Origin: an uncultured Bacteroidales bacterium
GTDB taxonomy: Bacteria > Bacteroidota > Bacteroidia > Bacteroidales > UBA4181
Assembly: GCA_964349835.1 (NCBI GenBank)
Contig: CAYGID010000002.1
Location: 50,033-114,032 of the forward strand
Reading direction: 5' to 3'
Length of the DNA stretch: 64,000 nt
Part shown: positions 35,569 to 46,017 of the stretch, piece after piece
Position numbering within the stretch: the stretch's first letter is position 1
Layout of the letters: the number at the start of each line of letters is the position of its first letter
Translations under genes and position numbers: made by a program
The notes under the pieces: generated by a model
Database searches by the model: none
The model's input: the letters and a program-made list of their open reading frames with translations, nothing else
What the model was told of the DNA's origin: nothing

Positions 35569-37089
35569 ATGACCGAAAAAATCATTATTCTCGACTTTGG
35601 ATCACAGACCACCCAGTTAATCGGACGAAAGATCCGTGAACAGAATGTCTATTGCGAGATTCTTCCATACAATAAATTCCCCGACTCGGTTGAGGGGGTT
35701 AAAGGGGTTGTCCTGTCGGGAAGTCCCTTTTCGGTATACGATCCCGAAGCCTTCAAAGTGGAGCTTAGTGCCCTTCGGGGTAAATTCCCCATTCTGGGCA
35801 TCTGCTATGGCGCACAACTGATTGTACATCAGGCAGGGGGAAGTGTTGAGTCTACCCATTCGCGCGAATATGGCCGTGAGATCTTATCGCTTTCGGGTGC
35901 TTCGTCTCTCTTTGAGGGGGTTAACATTTCGTCGGAGGTCTGGATGTCGCACGGCGACTCCATCACCGCACTCCCTTCTGATTTCGCGGTCGTTGCCAGC
36001 ACCCGCGATGTCAAGGCGGCAGCCTACAAAGTTGAGGGTGAGGAGACATGGGGCGTTCAGTTTCATCCCGAGGTATTCCACACCGAAGAGGGTCCCAAAA
36101 TTCTGAATAACTTTCTGGTTCGAATCTGTGGTTGTGCATGCAACTGGACACCCGACTCATTTATTGAAACCACGGTGGCCGAGTTAAAGCAGACCATCGG
36201 GAACGACAAGGTGGTGCTGGGATTGTCGGGGGGAGTTGACTCTTCGGTTACCGCGGTTCTTTTGAACAGAGCTATCGGGAAAAATCTCATCTGCATATTC
36301 GTCGACCACGGACTCCTTCGGAAATATGAGTTCGAAACGGTGTTGAAAAATTACGAACATCTGGGTTTGAATGTAATTGGCGTGAATGCCCAGGATCGAT
36401 TCCTGAATGCGCTGGCTGGGGTTTCCGATCCTGAAATAAAGCGTAAGATCATTGGCAAAGGGTTCATCGATGTTTTTGAGGAGGAGGCACAAAAGATTGA
36501 GGGCATCAGATGGCTGGGCCAGGGAACCATTTATCCCGACATCATTGAGTCGCTCTCGATTACCGGAACGGTCATCAAGTCGCACCACAACGTGGGAGGT
36601 TTACCCGAAAAGATGAATCTGAAGCTGGTTGAACCGCTTCGCCTTCTCTTCAAGGATGAGGTTCGCCGTGTAGGCCGTGCGCTCAATATGATGCCCGATC
36701 TGCTTAATCGGCATCCCTTTCCCGGGCCGGGTCTGGGTGTAAGGATTCTGGGCGATATTACCCGCGAAAAGGTGAGAGTTTTGCAGGAGGCCGACCACAT
36801 CTTTATTCAATCGTTGCTCGATGCCGGCCAGTACGACAAGGTGTGGCAGGCCTTTGTAGTCTTGCTGCCTGTTCAGTCGGTTGGAGTGATGGGCGACGAG
36901 CGGACCTACGAAAATGCCGTGGCACTGCGTGCGGTGCTCTCGACCGATGCTATGACTGCCGATTGGGCTCCTCTTCCTTACGAATTCCTGGCTAAGGTTT
37001 CGAACGAAATTATCCGCAAAGTACGCGGGGTTAACCGGGTTGTATACGATATCAGTTCGAAACCCCCTGCCACCATAGAGTGGGAATAA
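35569..37089 (+). CDS. guaA: GMP synthase (glutamine-hydrolysing)
   Basis: 506 aa. GATase domain (GICYGAQL), the SGGVDSS PP-loop, and C-terminus ...PPATIEWE. Confidence 0.95.
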   Translation: MTEKIIILDFGSQTTQLIGRKIREQNVYCEILPYNKFPDSVEGVKGVVLSGSPFSVYDPEAFKVELSALRGKFPILGICYGAQLIVHQAGGSVESTHSREYGREILSLSGASSLFEGVNISSEVWMSHGDSITALPSDFAVVASTRDVKAAAYKVEGEETWGVQFHPEVFHTEEGPKILNNFLVRICGCACNWTPDSFIETTVAELKQTIGNDKVVLGLSGGVDSSVTAVLLNRAIGKNLICIFVDHGLLRKYEFETVLKNYEHLGLNVIGVNAQDRFLNALAGVSDPEIKRKIIGKGFIDVFEEEAQKIEGIRWLGQGTIYPDIIESLSITGTVIKSHHNVGGLPEKMNLKLVEPLRLLFKDEVRRVGRALNMMPDLLNRHPFPGPGLGVRILGDITREKVRVLQEADHIFIQSLLDAGQYDKVWQAFVVLLPVQSVGVMGDERTYENAVALRAVLSTDAMTADWAPLPYEFLAKVSNEIIRKVRGVNRVVYDISSKPPATIEWE

Positions 37090-37110
37090 TCATCCTGAAT
37101 AACCAAGCTT

Positions 37111-38283
37111 ATGCGCTCCTTATCGGGTGTTTTATCCCTCATTATTCTCTTCCTCCCCTCCGCAATGGTGGCCCGTGCCCCAGGCAACAGTGTTCAGGCC
37201 TCCGATACGGTTTGCTCTGCGGTAGCCACACTACTTCCGGCAACGCATTCGGCGCTCGACACCTTTTGGCTCGCCAGCCAAGGGTATTATAGCGACGTAA
37301 AGCAGAAACCCTCGGATCCCGATTTCCACTATTGGAGGAACGCGCATGTAATTGATGTGCTTCTTGATGCTTTTGAACGTACCGGCGATTCGCTCTACAC
37401 GCAACGCGTTGATCGGTTGGTCGACGGGATCTTTCGGGCTAACGGACAACGGTGGCGCAACAACTATTACGACGATATGGAGTGGATGGCGCTTGCTCTG
37501 TTGCGTGCCTCCGACCTCACCGGAAAGATTCGCTATTACGATATTGCCCGGCTTCTTTGGCAGGATATTTCCATGGGTTGGAACTCCTCTCAGGGAGGGG
37601 GCATTGCCTGGAAAAAGGATCAGCGCGACTATAAAAATACCCCGGCAAATATGCCGGCGTGTATCCTCGCCGCTCGTTTCTTCCAAGGCCACAACAATCC
37701 CAATGATTTTGAGTGGGCGCTTAAGTTGTTTGAGTGGCAGAGGCTCCATCTGGTTGATCCTGAAACAGGATTGGTGTGGGATGGGATCAACCGAACGGGC
37801 GACGGGAAGGTTGATAAAGAGTGGAAATTTACCTATTGCCAGGGGGTGTACGTGGGTGCTGCGGCCGAGCTTTTCCGGATTACGCAAAAAGAGAAATATT
37901 TGGAGGCGGCTTGCCGTACCGCCGATTGGGTGGTTAACGACTCTCTCCACTTTAGCCGCTCGGGCATTCTTCGCCCGGAAGGTACCGGCGACGGGGGATT
38001 ATTCAAGGGCATTTTCGTGCGCTATCTCGAGCAGCTTATAGCGATTGAGTCGCTCGATCCCGAACGAAAAGCCCGTTATCGTGCCTATCTCCTGCACAAC
38101 GCCTCTGCGTTGGTCTCTGCTTATGGCGAAAATCCCTTTCTGGGCGACCGATGGGATGCACCGCAGTCGGAGGCTATCAAGCACAGTCTGGGAACGCAGT
38201 TAAGCGGGATTATGCTGTTAGAGGCGGTAAACAGAATGTGCCGGGAACCGGAATCGAAGAGCGAATCCGAACTAACGAGGTAA
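37111..38283 (+). CDS. Glycoside hydrolase family 76-like (alpha-1,6-mannanase-like) secreted protein
   Basis: 390 aa with a signal peptide. The GH76-type motif YYDDMEWMALALLRA is present, with (alpha/alpha)6-like repeats. Confidence 0.7.
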   Translation: MRSLSGVLSLIILFLPSAMVARAPGNSVQASDTVCSAVATLLPATHSALDTFWLASQGYYSDVKQKPSDPDFHYWRNAHVIDVLLDAFERTGDSLYTQRVDRLVDGIFRANGQRWRNNYYDDMEWMALALLRASDLTGKIRYYDIARLLWQDISMGWNSSQGGGIAWKKDQRDYKNTPANMPACILAARFFQGHNNPNDFEWALKLFEWQRLHLVDPETGLVWDGINRTGDGKVDKEWKFTYCQGVYVGAAAELFRITQKEKYLEAACRTADWVVNDSLHFSRSGILRPEGTGDGGLFKGIFVRYLEQLIAIESLDPERKARYRAYLLHNASALVSAYGENPFLGDRWDAPQSEAIKHSLGTQLSGIMLLEAVNRMCREPESKSESELTR

Positions 38284-38298
38284 CCAACAGGCAATATC

Positions 38299-38742
38299 AT
38301 GTGGTGTACACTAGGTCTTTTTGAGCAAAGCCGATTGGCCGCCGTAGCCGATTCACTGCTGTTTTCGGGTATGACTCCCGACGACCAGGCCTATTCTCTT
38401 TTTCTGGCTCAGACCGAGTCGCGTTCGGTTTGGCTTTACCTGTTGATATGGCTTTTGGCTCAGTGGGTGGCCGGGTCGCTCTATGTGGGGATGCGGGGAC
38501 TTACGGCCGCTTTGCTACCCCGAATCGCTCTGATTGCCTTTGTCGGGGTGGCTTTTCAGTTTCTGGCTGCCCCTTTGTCGATTATCTCGTTTTCGCTGGC
38601 TCTGACTGTCGAGGGGCTGCTTCTGTTTATCTGGTGTCGCCGCCTCTCCTCTTGGGTCGATCTGATTGCCATGACCTTGGTTATGGTTCTTGCCGGTTTC
38701 TCACTGGCCGGCCTCGCTGCCGCCTGTTTTCTTGTTTACTGA
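38299..38742 (+). CDS. Hypothetical integral membrane protein
   Basis: 147 aa, about four hydrophobic segments. Lies 16 nt downstream of the GH76-like gene. Confidence 0.4.
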   Translation: MWCTLGLFEQSRLAAVADSLLFSGMTPDDQAYSLFLAQTESRSVWLYLLIWLLAQWVAGSLYVGMRGLTAALLPRIALIAFVGVAFQFLAAPLSIISFSLALTVEGLLLFIWCRRLSSWVDLIAMTLVMVLAGFSLAGLAAACFLVY

Positions 38743-38760
38743 AGGTTTTCGGTAGGTTTC

Positions 38761-38805
38761 GGCTCCGATTATTGCGGCTCCGATTGTTGCGGCTCCGATT
38801 GCTGT
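38761..38805. repeat. 15-bp tandem repeat x3 (GGCTCCGATT[A/G]TTGC-type) at and beyond the 3' end of mazG
   Basis: The three units are GGCTCCGATTATTGC, GGCTCCGATTGTTGC and GGCTCCGATTGCTGT. On the minus strand they encode the QQSEPQQSEPQ tail. The mazG stop codon lies inside the outermost unit. Confidence 0.8.
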
Positions 38806-39578
38806 CCCGATTTCTCGAGGCGTTTGCACTCATCCCAGATTTCATCCATCTCACGGAGTGTCATCTGCGACAGACTTCTTCCCGATGCATTTACCTCCTT
38901 CTCCATCCAGTTGAAACGCCTGATGAACTTCAGATTGCATTTTTCGAGTGCTGCTTCCGGGTCGATTTTGTAGAGACGGGCTGCATTAATCAGTGCGAAA
39001 AAATAATCGCCAAACTCCTCTTCCATACGCTCAGTGGGGGTGTCGGCCATCTCGGCCTCCAGCTCTGTTAGCTCTTCGCGCACTTTGACCCAAACATCTT
39101 CTCTCTTTTCCCAGTCGAAGCCCGCAGAGCGCGCCTTATCTTGTATCCGGTAGGCCTTTAACATAGCGGGAAGCGAGGTGGGTACGCCTCCCAGTACGCT
39201 TTTGTTTCCCTCTTTCAGTTTGAGCGCTTCCCAGTTCGTTTTTACAACCTCCTCATTTTCGGCCAACACTTCGCCAAAGACGTGCGGATGGCGGAAGATC
39301 AGCTTCTTGCATAACTCGTCGATGACATCGGCAATATCAAATAGCCCCGTTTCGGAGGCTATTTTGGCATAAAACACAATATGGAGCAGGATATCGCCCA
39401 ACTCTTTTTTAATCTCCCCGGGCTTGTTGGCAATGATGGCATCCGAAAGTTCGTAAACCTCCTCAACACTGAGGAGACGCAAACTTTGGAGGGTCTGTTT
39501 TTGGTCCCACGGACACTTGACCCTCAACTCATCCATAATCTCTAACAGTCTTCGAAAAGCGTTTAATTGTTTGTCCAT
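38769..39578 (-). CDS. mazG: Nucleoside triphosphate pyrophosphohydrolase MazG
   Basis: 269 aa. Contains LLEIMDELRVKCPWDQKQT and tandem MazG domains. The C-terminal tail QQSEPQQSEPQ is encoded by a 15-bp tandem repeat. Confidence 0.9.
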   Translation of the reverse strand: MDKQLNAFRRLLEIMDELRVKCPWDQKQTLQSLRLLSVEEVYELSDAIIANKPGEIKKELGDILLHIVFYAKIASETGLFDIADVIDELCKKLIFRHPHVFGEVLAENEEVVKTNWEALKLKEGNKSVLGGVPTSLPAMLKAYRIQDKARSAGFDWEKREDVWVKVREELTELEAEMADTPTERMEEEFGDYFFALINAARLYKIDPEAALEKCNLKFIRRFNWMEKEVNASGRSLSQMTLREMDEIWDECKRLEKSGQQSEPQQSEPQ

Positions 39579-39620
39579 AGCAGTTGAAATAGGGGAATGT
39601 GGAAAGAGTTACCGCAAATG

Positions 39621-39643
39621 AAAAAGCCGCCCGTGAGGCGGCC
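39621..39643 (-). terminator. Intrinsic terminator downstream of tpiA
   Basis: On the minus strand, GCCGCC-(5 nt)-GGCGGC is followed by TTTTT. Confidence 0.65.
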
Positions 39644-39664
39644 TTTCCGGCTCCGGTCGTAAAA

Positions 39665-40420
39665 TTAAAACGCCGTGATAATTTTGATGAACTTCTCGGC
39701 AACCAGTGAGGCACCACCGATAAGACCTCCATCCACATCAGGATTGGCAAACAACTCGGCTGCATTGGCCTCATTGCAACTTCCTCCATACAGAATGGAG
39801 CAGTTCTGTGCAATCTCGTTGCCATAGCGTTCGGCAACCGTATTACGGATAAACAGGTGCATCTCCTGTGCCTGGGCACTTGTGGCAGTTTTTCCTGTTC
39901 CGATGGCCCAAACGGGTTCGTAAGCAAGCACGATCTTGGTAAACTCTTCGGCAGGCAGAGAGAATAGTCCTTCGGTAAGCTGGCTCTTAACCACATCGAA
40001 ATGGCTATTGCTTTCGCGTTCGGCAAGTACCTCGCCAATACAGAAAATGGGCACCAATCCGTTGGTAAGGACAATCTGCACCTTTTTGTTCAGGATGGCG
40101 TTGGTTTCGCCATAGTAGCTCCTGCGTTCGGAGTGACCTAAAATTACATATCCTGCACCGGTACTTTTTACCATGGCTGCCGACACCTCGCCGGTATAGG
40201 CGCCCGAAACTTCGGCAGCGGCATTCTGTGCTGCAACCGCAATCTGCGATCCGGCAACCTTTACCACTTCGGTAAGATGAATGAAAGGGACACCTAAAAT
40301 GACTTCACATTTCAAGGCACCGGCCTCGGCAACTTTTTGTTTTACCTCCTGAGCCAGCTGGATTCCCTCCTGGAGGGTTTTGTTCATTTTCCAGTTCCCT
40401 GCAACAATATTTTTACGCAT
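39665..40420 (-). CDS. tpiA: Triosephosphate isomerase
   Basis: 251 aa with VAGNWKMN and [11 protein letters not shown]. Confidence 0.95.
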   Translation of the reverse strand: MRKNIVAGNWKMNKTLQEGIQLAQEVKQKVAEAGALKCEVILGVPFIHLTEVVKVAGSQIAVAAQNAAAEVSGAYTGEVSAAMVKSTGAGYVILGHSERRSYYGETNAILNKKVQIVLTNGLVPIFCIGEVLAERESNSHFDVVKSQLTEGLFSLPAEEFTKIVLAYEPVWAIGTGKTATSAQAQEMHLFIRNTVAERYGNEIAQNCSILYGGSCNEANAAELFANPDVDGGLIGGASLVAEKFIKIITAF

Positions 40421-40457
40421 AGTTCAATTATTAATGAATTCGAAACAGTAAGCGGTG

Positions 40458-40465
40458 CAAAGGTA
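40458..40465 (-). promoter_or_regulatory. Candidate -7 box (TACCTTTG) upstream of tpiA
   Basis: Matches TAnnTTTG on the minus strand, 38 nt upstream of the ATG at 40420. Confidence 0.4.
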
Positions 40466-40496
40466 ATAAATTGCTCTCTAAACAGCGGCTCAGCCC

Positions 40497-41762
40497 TCAG
40501 AAAAAGAGCCTCTGTCCAAAGTTCTCCCTTTTCTTTTTCCGGGTGGCACCAATGGCTATACCCATGAAAAGGGCCACAAAGAGTGCGAGCCCCACGATAG
40601 CTCTTGAACCCCTGTTCCGGTATTTCCGGAGTGCGTCGGCAGTGGGGTTGGTTCCAAAGGCCTCGGTAGGGGGGAGGTCGTTTTTGTGCCATTTGTCGAG
40701 TACTACCCCGCTCCCCAACAGGAGGAGTCCGGGATTCGAGCGAATCATGGTGCGGAGGGTTCGTATATTGGCCGTGAGGAGAGCGAACTCCCCCTCGTGC
40801 TGTGCAGAAAAGTCCCTGATTTCGGCCGGCGGCGAGGAGGTGAGAAGGAAGAGAGAGATTCCGTTTGCCTCCGCATAATTGCGGTACTCTTTGGCTTTTT
40901 CGAGGTATTCGCCCGAAAACTGCGAGAGCTCCTCTGCCACAAATAGCAGTACATATCCGGAATTTAACACCGAATCGGTTTTTTCGACCCCGTCGGCGTC
41001 GGCAATGTAGAAGTCGAGCAGTGGATTATCGGCCGAAGGGGAAAAACCCGGGGTGGTTCGGGTTTCAATATACCTCCAACTACTGTCGGGCAGGGCATTA
41101 GCCTCGAAGGCCTCTTGCGTGCCATTTTTTTCGTAGAGGTAATGTGTGGCTTGAACAGAGGCAACTCCCTCATTTCCTTCAAAGTAGATTCCGTATAGGT
41201 CGGCGCCCACAGAGTAAGGCCTGAAATCAAAGAGTGGAAGATGGCTGATATTTCGCACCGTGAATCCAAAACTGAGAAGCACAAAAACTCCTATCCAGCC
41301 CATTTCTGAGGGTTCGGGGCGTTGCGATTCGATGGTTCCCCTGTGCAAAAAGAGAATGCCGGTAAAAAAAATCAGCCCCAGATTCTTAAAGAAGGTTGCC
41401 CAATTCGACAGCAGGAGTGCATCGCCAAAACAACCGCAGTCGGAAACCGGGTTGGTGAGAGCAATCCACAGGGTGAGTAGCGTGAAGAATCCCGAAAGCA
41501 GCATGGCTGCAGTAGAGACGACCTTCATAAACAATTTGGCCAGGAGGGCTGCACCCAAAACCATCTCGACGGCCGAAAGGGTGAGGGAAAGGGGCATAGA
41601 GAGCCAATCGAGGCCCGACATGCCAAAAGCCGACAGATAGTCCTCTATTTTATAGGCGGTACCCCATGGATCAATCCCCTTGAGAAAACCCGAGAGGAGA
41701 AACAGTAACCCTGGCAGAATCCGGGCCGGTAGCAACAATAACTGCAGATATCTTTGGTTCAT
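40497..41762 (-). CDS. DoxX/MauE-like membrane domain protein with a soluble C-terminal domain (BT_3928-like)
   Basis: 421 aa. The N-terminal multi-TM region carries CGCFG. The start overlaps the tmk stop by 4 bp (ATGA). Confidence 0.6.
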   Translation of the reverse strand: MNQRYLQLLLLPARILPGLLFLLSGFLKGIDPWGTAYKIEDYLSAFGMSGLDWLSMPLSLTLSAVEMVLGAALLAKLFMKVVSTAAMLLSGFFTLLTLWIALTNPVSDCGCFGDALLLSNWATFFKNLGLIFFTGILFLHRGTIESQRPEPSEMGWIGVFVLLSFGFTVRNISHLPLFDFRPYSVGADLYGIYFEGNEGVASVQATHYLYEKNGTQEAFEANALPDSSWRYIETRTTPGFSPSADNPLLDFYIADADGVEKTDSVLNSGYVLLFVAEELSQFSGEYLEKAKEYRNYAEANGISLFLLTSSPPAEIRDFSAQHEGEFALLTANIRTLRTMIRSNPGLLLLGSGVVLDKWHKNDLPPTEAFGTNPTADALRKYRNRGSRAIVGLALFVALFMGIAIGATRKKKRENFGQRLFF

Positions 41763-42448
41763 GGCATCAAATGGTTGGTTTTTAGCGTATCAAGCACCTT
41801 TTCGAAGATGGTTTCCGGGGGGAGCATCGCGTAGGAGGAGGGGTCGGTGCAGGCGATTTTTTCAAAACGGCTATCGCTCTCCTGCATGAGGTAGATGGCG
41901 CGGACCCGTTCTTGAAACGCGAGATCCTCCTCATGGATATCACGCCCCCCTCCCAGATAACTCCTGTCGGAACCCAAGCGTTCGGATGTGAGGTTTTTGC
42001 GGGTAAAATCGAACGGAACATCCAGGAAAAGAGTAAGATCGGGTCTTGGTAGCCCGTAATAGGTATATTCCAAATGCAAAATCCATTTGCGGAGTTGCTC
42101 TGCCTGCTCGGAACCTTCGGTCTTTGCGCACTGGTATGCAATATTCGAATAGACATAGCGGTCGAGAAGGACAAGTTGTTGCTCTGCAAGCCACGCCTCC
42201 AGGGTCTCCTTGAATCCGGCCCGGTCGGCCGCATAGAGGGTGGCCACCAAGTAGGGATTCACCTGATGCATTTCGCCCAGTTCGCCGCGAAGGAATCGGG
42301 CAATCAGTTCTCCGTAGACCGATCCCTCCAGCCGGGGAAAGTGGAGGAAACGGTAAGGCCGGCCGCTACTTTCCAGATAGTTTCGGAGTTTCTGCACCTG
42401 TGTCGATTTTCCGGAGCCATCGAGCCCCTCCATTACAATTAAACTCAT
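41759..42448 (-). CDS. tmk: dTMP (thymidylate) kinase
   Basis: The 361-aa track ORF has a spurious N-terminal extension that overlaps aguA. I trimmed it to the ATG at 42448 (MSLIVMEGLDGSGKSTQ...), giving 229 aa. Confidence 0.85.
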   Translation of the reverse strand: MSLIVMEGLDGSGKSTQVQKLRNYLESSGRPYRFLHFPRLEGSVYGELIARFLRGELGEMHQVNPYLVATLYAADRAGFKETLEAWLAEQQLVLLDRYVYSNIAYQCAKTEGSEQAEQLRKWILHLEYTYYGLPRPDLTLFLDVPFDFTRKNLTSERLGSDRSYLGGGRDIHEEDLAFQERVRAIYLMQESDSRFEKIACTDPSSYAMLPPETIFEKVLDTLKTNHLMP

Positions 42449-42525
42449 AATCAAGATCTTAATTACGTCGATGTTCTTATGCGTGAGCCCGAAATTCTGC
42501 GCGCTGCCGTAGCGACTTGCCCCCG

Positions 42526-43563
42526 TTATACAAGGGGCTCCTGCTGGCTCAAACAGTGAAAACTGCCGAACCCCCATACGATATCGGTTGAGTCGATACC
42601 TACGATAATGCGGCCGGGGAAACAGGAGGCCAGAATCTCCATAGCCCTTTCGTCTTTTTTGCAGCGAAAAGTGGGAACCACCACTGCGCGATTCGAAATA
42701 TAGAAATTGGCATAGGATGCCGGAAGCCTTATATCGTTGTGAACTACAGGATCGGGCATTGGTAGCTCTATGATATCGGGTTGTTTGCCATTCTCCAGTC
42801 GCATCGTTTTGAGCAGGGTGAGGTTCTTCTGGAGAGGGAGCCAATTGCTGTCGGTTTTGCGTGATTCCGAAACAACCACAATTTTATCGGGGGCAACAAA
42901 CCTTGCAATATCGTCGATATGCCCGTCGGTATCATCGCCTTCAATTCCGTCGGCCAGCCAGATAAGGTTCTGTACGTTGTAATAATTGCAGAGATACGAC
43001 TCAATCTCTGTGCGGCTGAGGTGAGGGTTTCGGTTCTTATTGAGCAGACAGGCCGTGGTGGTCATCAGGGTGCCTCTCCCGTTCACCTCAATGGAGCCCC
43101 CTTCCATAACTATCTCCGGTTCGAACAGGGGGTATCCGAAGTGGCGAGCTACCGCCCCTGCAATTCGGTTGTCGAGGTCGTGCGGATATTTTCCGCCCCA
43201 CGCATTGAAGTGCCAGTTAACCACCCCTTTTTTTTCGTCGGCCAGGGGGTTAATCACAAAAGAAGGTCCGTGATCGCGACACCAGACATCGTTGCCGGGG
43301 TGTACAAATAGTTCAAGTTGACCCTCAGGCATCTCTTCGGCGGCAAATAAGGTTGTAAGCCGCTCTTTTTCGGCCTCCGAATGCACATTGATTCGCACCT
43401 TCTCGCTGGCGGCAAGAATGCGTATAAATTTGTGGTAGGGTTCCGTTACGAGCTCCATCTTTCCGGGGAACGACTCCTCATGGTAAGGGTACGTGAGCCA
43501 GGTGGCTTCGTGTTTTTCCCATTCGGCTGGGAAAAAGTAACCGGACGATTTCGGGGTTATCAT
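42526..43563 (-). CDS. aguA: Agmatine deiminase (Porphyromonas-type peptidyl-arginine deiminase family)
   Basis: Trimmed to the ATG at 43563. Contains FFPAEWEKHEATWLTYP and the C-terminal catalytic Cys region GSFHCLSQQEP. Confidence 0.85.
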   Translation of the reverse strand: MITPKSSGYFFPAEWEKHEATWLTYPYHEESFPGKMELVTEPYHKFIRILAASEKVRINVHSEAEKERLTTLFAAEEMPEGQLELFVHPGNDVWCRDHGPSFVINPLADEKKGVVNWHFNAWGGKYPHDLDNRIAGAVARHFGYPLFEPEIVMEGGSIEVNGRGTLMTTTACLLNKNRNPHLSRTEIESYLCNYYNVQNLIWLADGIEGDDTDGHIDDIARFVAPDKIVVVSESRKTDSNWLPLQKNLTLLKTMRLENGKQPDIIELPMPDPVVHNDIRLPASYANFYISNRAVVVPTFRCKKDERAMEILASCFPGRIIVGIDSTDIVWGFGSFHCLSQQEPLV

Positions 43564-43763
43564 AGGCACAGTTCTCTCTGAAACCGCAAAATAACACAAA
43601 TTTTTTGCTTCTGCTGTTTATTAATCAGGTTTGGCGGAGGCACTTTCAGACTTTTTAAAAATCGACCGGCGGGGTCGAAACAGAGCTCCCTTCCCATTTT
43701 TTTTTATGACGGAAATACTCTATCTTCGTGCCTTCTAAATTGAAAATAAACCTTTATAGAACA

Positions 43764-45872
43764 ATGATAACACTACAGCAAATAAGGGACAGAGCCGGTG
43801 CCTGGCTTGCCGGATTTATCGGACTGGCTTTGTTCGCTTTCATCATGGGCGATTTTATGAGTTCCGGGCAATTATTGTTTTCCGGTTCGAAAATGCGTGT
43901 TGCCAAGGTGGGCCGAGAATCTATTGAGATTCAGGAGTATGAGCAAAAAATTATGGAGGCCGAAGAGATGTACCGCTCAGGTGGCGGCCAGCCGTTAGAC
44001 GAAAAACAGGCATTTGCGCTCCGCGACCAGGTATTCCAGCAGTTGGTTACCGATTATATTCTCAACGAAGAGGCCGGAACACTCGGTTTTGGCGTGACTG
44101 CCGAAGAGTTGTTCGATATGATTCAGGGCACCAATCCTCATCCCTATGTACGGAGCCTTTTCACCGACCCGTCGAACGGCCGTTTCAACCGCTCTTTGCT
44201 GGTTACCTTCCTCAAAAACATGGATGCCGATCCTTCGGGGGGCCAAAAGAGGATGTGGATGAATGTGGAGCGCGAGCTTTTAGGACAGAGAAGGGTTCAG
44301 AAATATACTACGCTCATTACCAAAGGAGTATATGTTCCCACTTTCCTTTTGAAGCAGGATAACGACAACATGTTTAAGACCGTCGATTTTTCGTATATCG
44401 AGAAACCGTACGAATGGGTTACCGATTCGTTAGGAAATCCTACTCTGGCCGAACAGAAGCGTTTTTATAAGGAGAACCTTTACCGGTTCCATCAGGTTGA
44501 GTCGCGCGATATTGACCTTGTCTTTTTCGATATTGTCTCCTCGGTTGGCGACCGTAAGGCTGCCGACGAGTGGATGAGCAAAATAAAGCCGGAGTTTGAG
44601 GCTACCACCGATTATCTCCATTTCCTCAGCATGAATTCGGAGACGCCTTTTAATCCTCTCTTCCTTTCACGTTCGGAGCTTACCTTGGCTTTGGATACGC
44701 TCTATGATGCTCCGGTGGGCACCATGGTGGGACCCTATGCCGAGGAGAGTATGCTGAAGTTGGCCAAACTGGCTAAAATTGCATCAATCTCCGATTCTGT
44801 TCGGATCCGTCATATCATGAAGGTGCCGGTTGCTGCAACCGCAGAGGCAGTGACTGCCGTACGCGATACAATGGCTCTGCTGAAGAAAGAGATTGAATCG
44901 GGTAAATCGAAATTTGCTGATTTGGCCGCAAATGTTTCTGCCGACTTTGCATCGGCTCCCAATGGTGGTGAACTGGGTTGGATTCGTTACGGCCAGATTC
45001 CCGACACCGTTTTCTTCTCACCCAAAGGGAAGGTGTTCCAATTGGAAATGGCCCAAAGTATTCACTTAATCGAGGTGCTTGAGGATTCGCCCAAACAGAA
45101 GAGGGTGCAAATTGCACTGCTCGACCACGCGGTTGAACCCAGCAATCAGACTCATCAGGAACTCTTTTCAGCTGCATCTAAATTTGCCGAAGCCAATCAA
45201 ACGTATGCGCAGTTCTCGGCCTCTATCGCTAATGATTCTGTGAATAGCCAGACGAAGTTGCGTATTTCGCCTATCGATCCCGGTGTGGGCGGCTTGAACG
45301 CATCGCGCGAGATTATCCGTTGGGCCTTTAATGCCCGGAAGGGGGAGGTATCTAAGATTTTCGAACTCGATCAGGCCTATGTGGTTGCCGCTCTTGGCGA
45401 AATCTACAAGCCTGGAATTGCCCCCTTCGAACAAGTTCGTGATGATGTGAATTATTGGGCTACCCAGCAAAAGCGCGCCGACCTGATTAAAAAGGAGATG
45501 CTCGCCGGCGATCTCTCTTCGTTAACTGCTCTGGCGCATTCCATGAAGATTAACGACACTGTAGATTTCCCTATCGACAATGCTAAAGCGATAGCATTTA
45601 ACGCCAATGCGCTACCGGGTCCCGGTTCGGAACCTACTATTATCGGGGTGGCAACCGCTCTTCCCGAGGGTACCCTTTCGAAGCCGATTGCCGGAAACCA
45701 TGGTGTTTACATTCTCTCTATCGATAAGATAAATCAACCCCAGACGCTTTTAGATCTCTCTTCGGTACGCGACAGGCTCAACGTGACACTCTCTTCCAGA
45801 GTTCAGATCGAGACCTTCCCCGCCCTGAAGAAACTCTATGATTTCAAGGACGAAAGGATAAAGTTTTATTAG
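43764..45872 (+). CDS. PpiD/SurA-like periplasmic chaperone with a parvulin PPIase domain
   Basis: Trimmed to the ATG at 43764. Has an N-terminal TM anchor and the parvulin-type motif GGELGWIRYGQ. 702 aa. Confidence 0.75.
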   Translation: MITLQQIRDRAGAWLAGFIGLALFAFIMGDFMSSGQLLFSGSKMRVAKVGRESIEIQEYEQKIMEAEEMYRSGGGQPLDEKQAFALRDQVFQQLVTDYILNEEAGTLGFGVTAEELFDMIQGTNPHPYVRSLFTDPSNGRFNRSLLVTFLKNMDADPSGGQKRMWMNVERELLGQRRVQKYTTLITKGVYVPTFLLKQDNDNMFKTVDFSYIEKPYEWVTDSLGNPTLAEQKRFYKENLYRFHQVESRDIDLVFFDIVSSVGDRKAADEWMSKIKPEFEATTDYLHFLSMNSETPFNPLFLSRSELTLALDTLYDAPVGTMVGPYAEESMLKLAKLAKIASISDSVRIRHIMKVPVAATAEAVTAVRDTMALLKKEIESGKSKFADLAANVSADFASAPNGGELGWIRYGQIPDTVFFSPKGKVFQLEMAQSIHLIEVLEDSPKQKRVQIALLDHAVEPSNQTHQELFSAASKFAEANQTYAQFSASIANDSVNSQTKLRISPIDPGVGGLNASREIIRWAFNARKGEVSKIFELDQAYVVAALGEIYKPGIAPFEQVRDDVNYWATQQKRADLIKKEMLAGDLSSLTALAHSMKINDTVDFPIDNAKAIAFNANALPGPGSEPTIIGVATALPEGTLSKPIAGNHGVYILSIDKINQPQTLLDLSSVRDRLNVTLSSRVQIETFPALKKLYDFKDERIKFY

Positions 45873-45928
45873 TCGGTTTCCCCTCTGTTTCGAAAGAGAG
45901 AGCCTCTCAAACCGATTGTAGATCCTGG

Positions 45929-45953
45929 CCCACCCTGCTGACCGCAGGGTGGG
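45929..45953 (+). terminator. Hairpin downstream of the ppiD-like gene (weak terminator candidate)
   Basis: CCCACCCTGC-(5 nt)-GCAGGGTGGG, a 10-bp GC-rich stem with no U-tract after it. Confidence 0.35.
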
Positions 45954-46017
45954 TTGAGGCCTAAAAAGCGGAGATGGGCTCTTTTTATTGTAAGCCGGTT
46001 TTTCAATTCTATTTGTC

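Noticed and set aside
37231-38041. ORFs overlapping the GH76-like gene: 239 aa on the minus strand and 229 aa in another plus-strand frame.
   Set aside because: These are shadow or alternative-frame ORFs. Only the 37111-38283 frame has a signal peptide and the GH76 YYDDMEW motif.
38430-39071. 213-aa plus-strand ORF containing RLRLLRLRLLRLRLL.
   Set aside because: It is the antisense reading of the mazG 15-bp repeat and the mazG body. mazG on the minus strand has clear family motifs.
41759-42844. 361-aa version of the tmk ORF, extending 132 codons upstream.
   Set aside because: The extension overlaps the 3' end of aguA in another frame and has no kinase-like sequence. The P-loop sits right after the internal Met at 42448, as in normal Tmk proteins.
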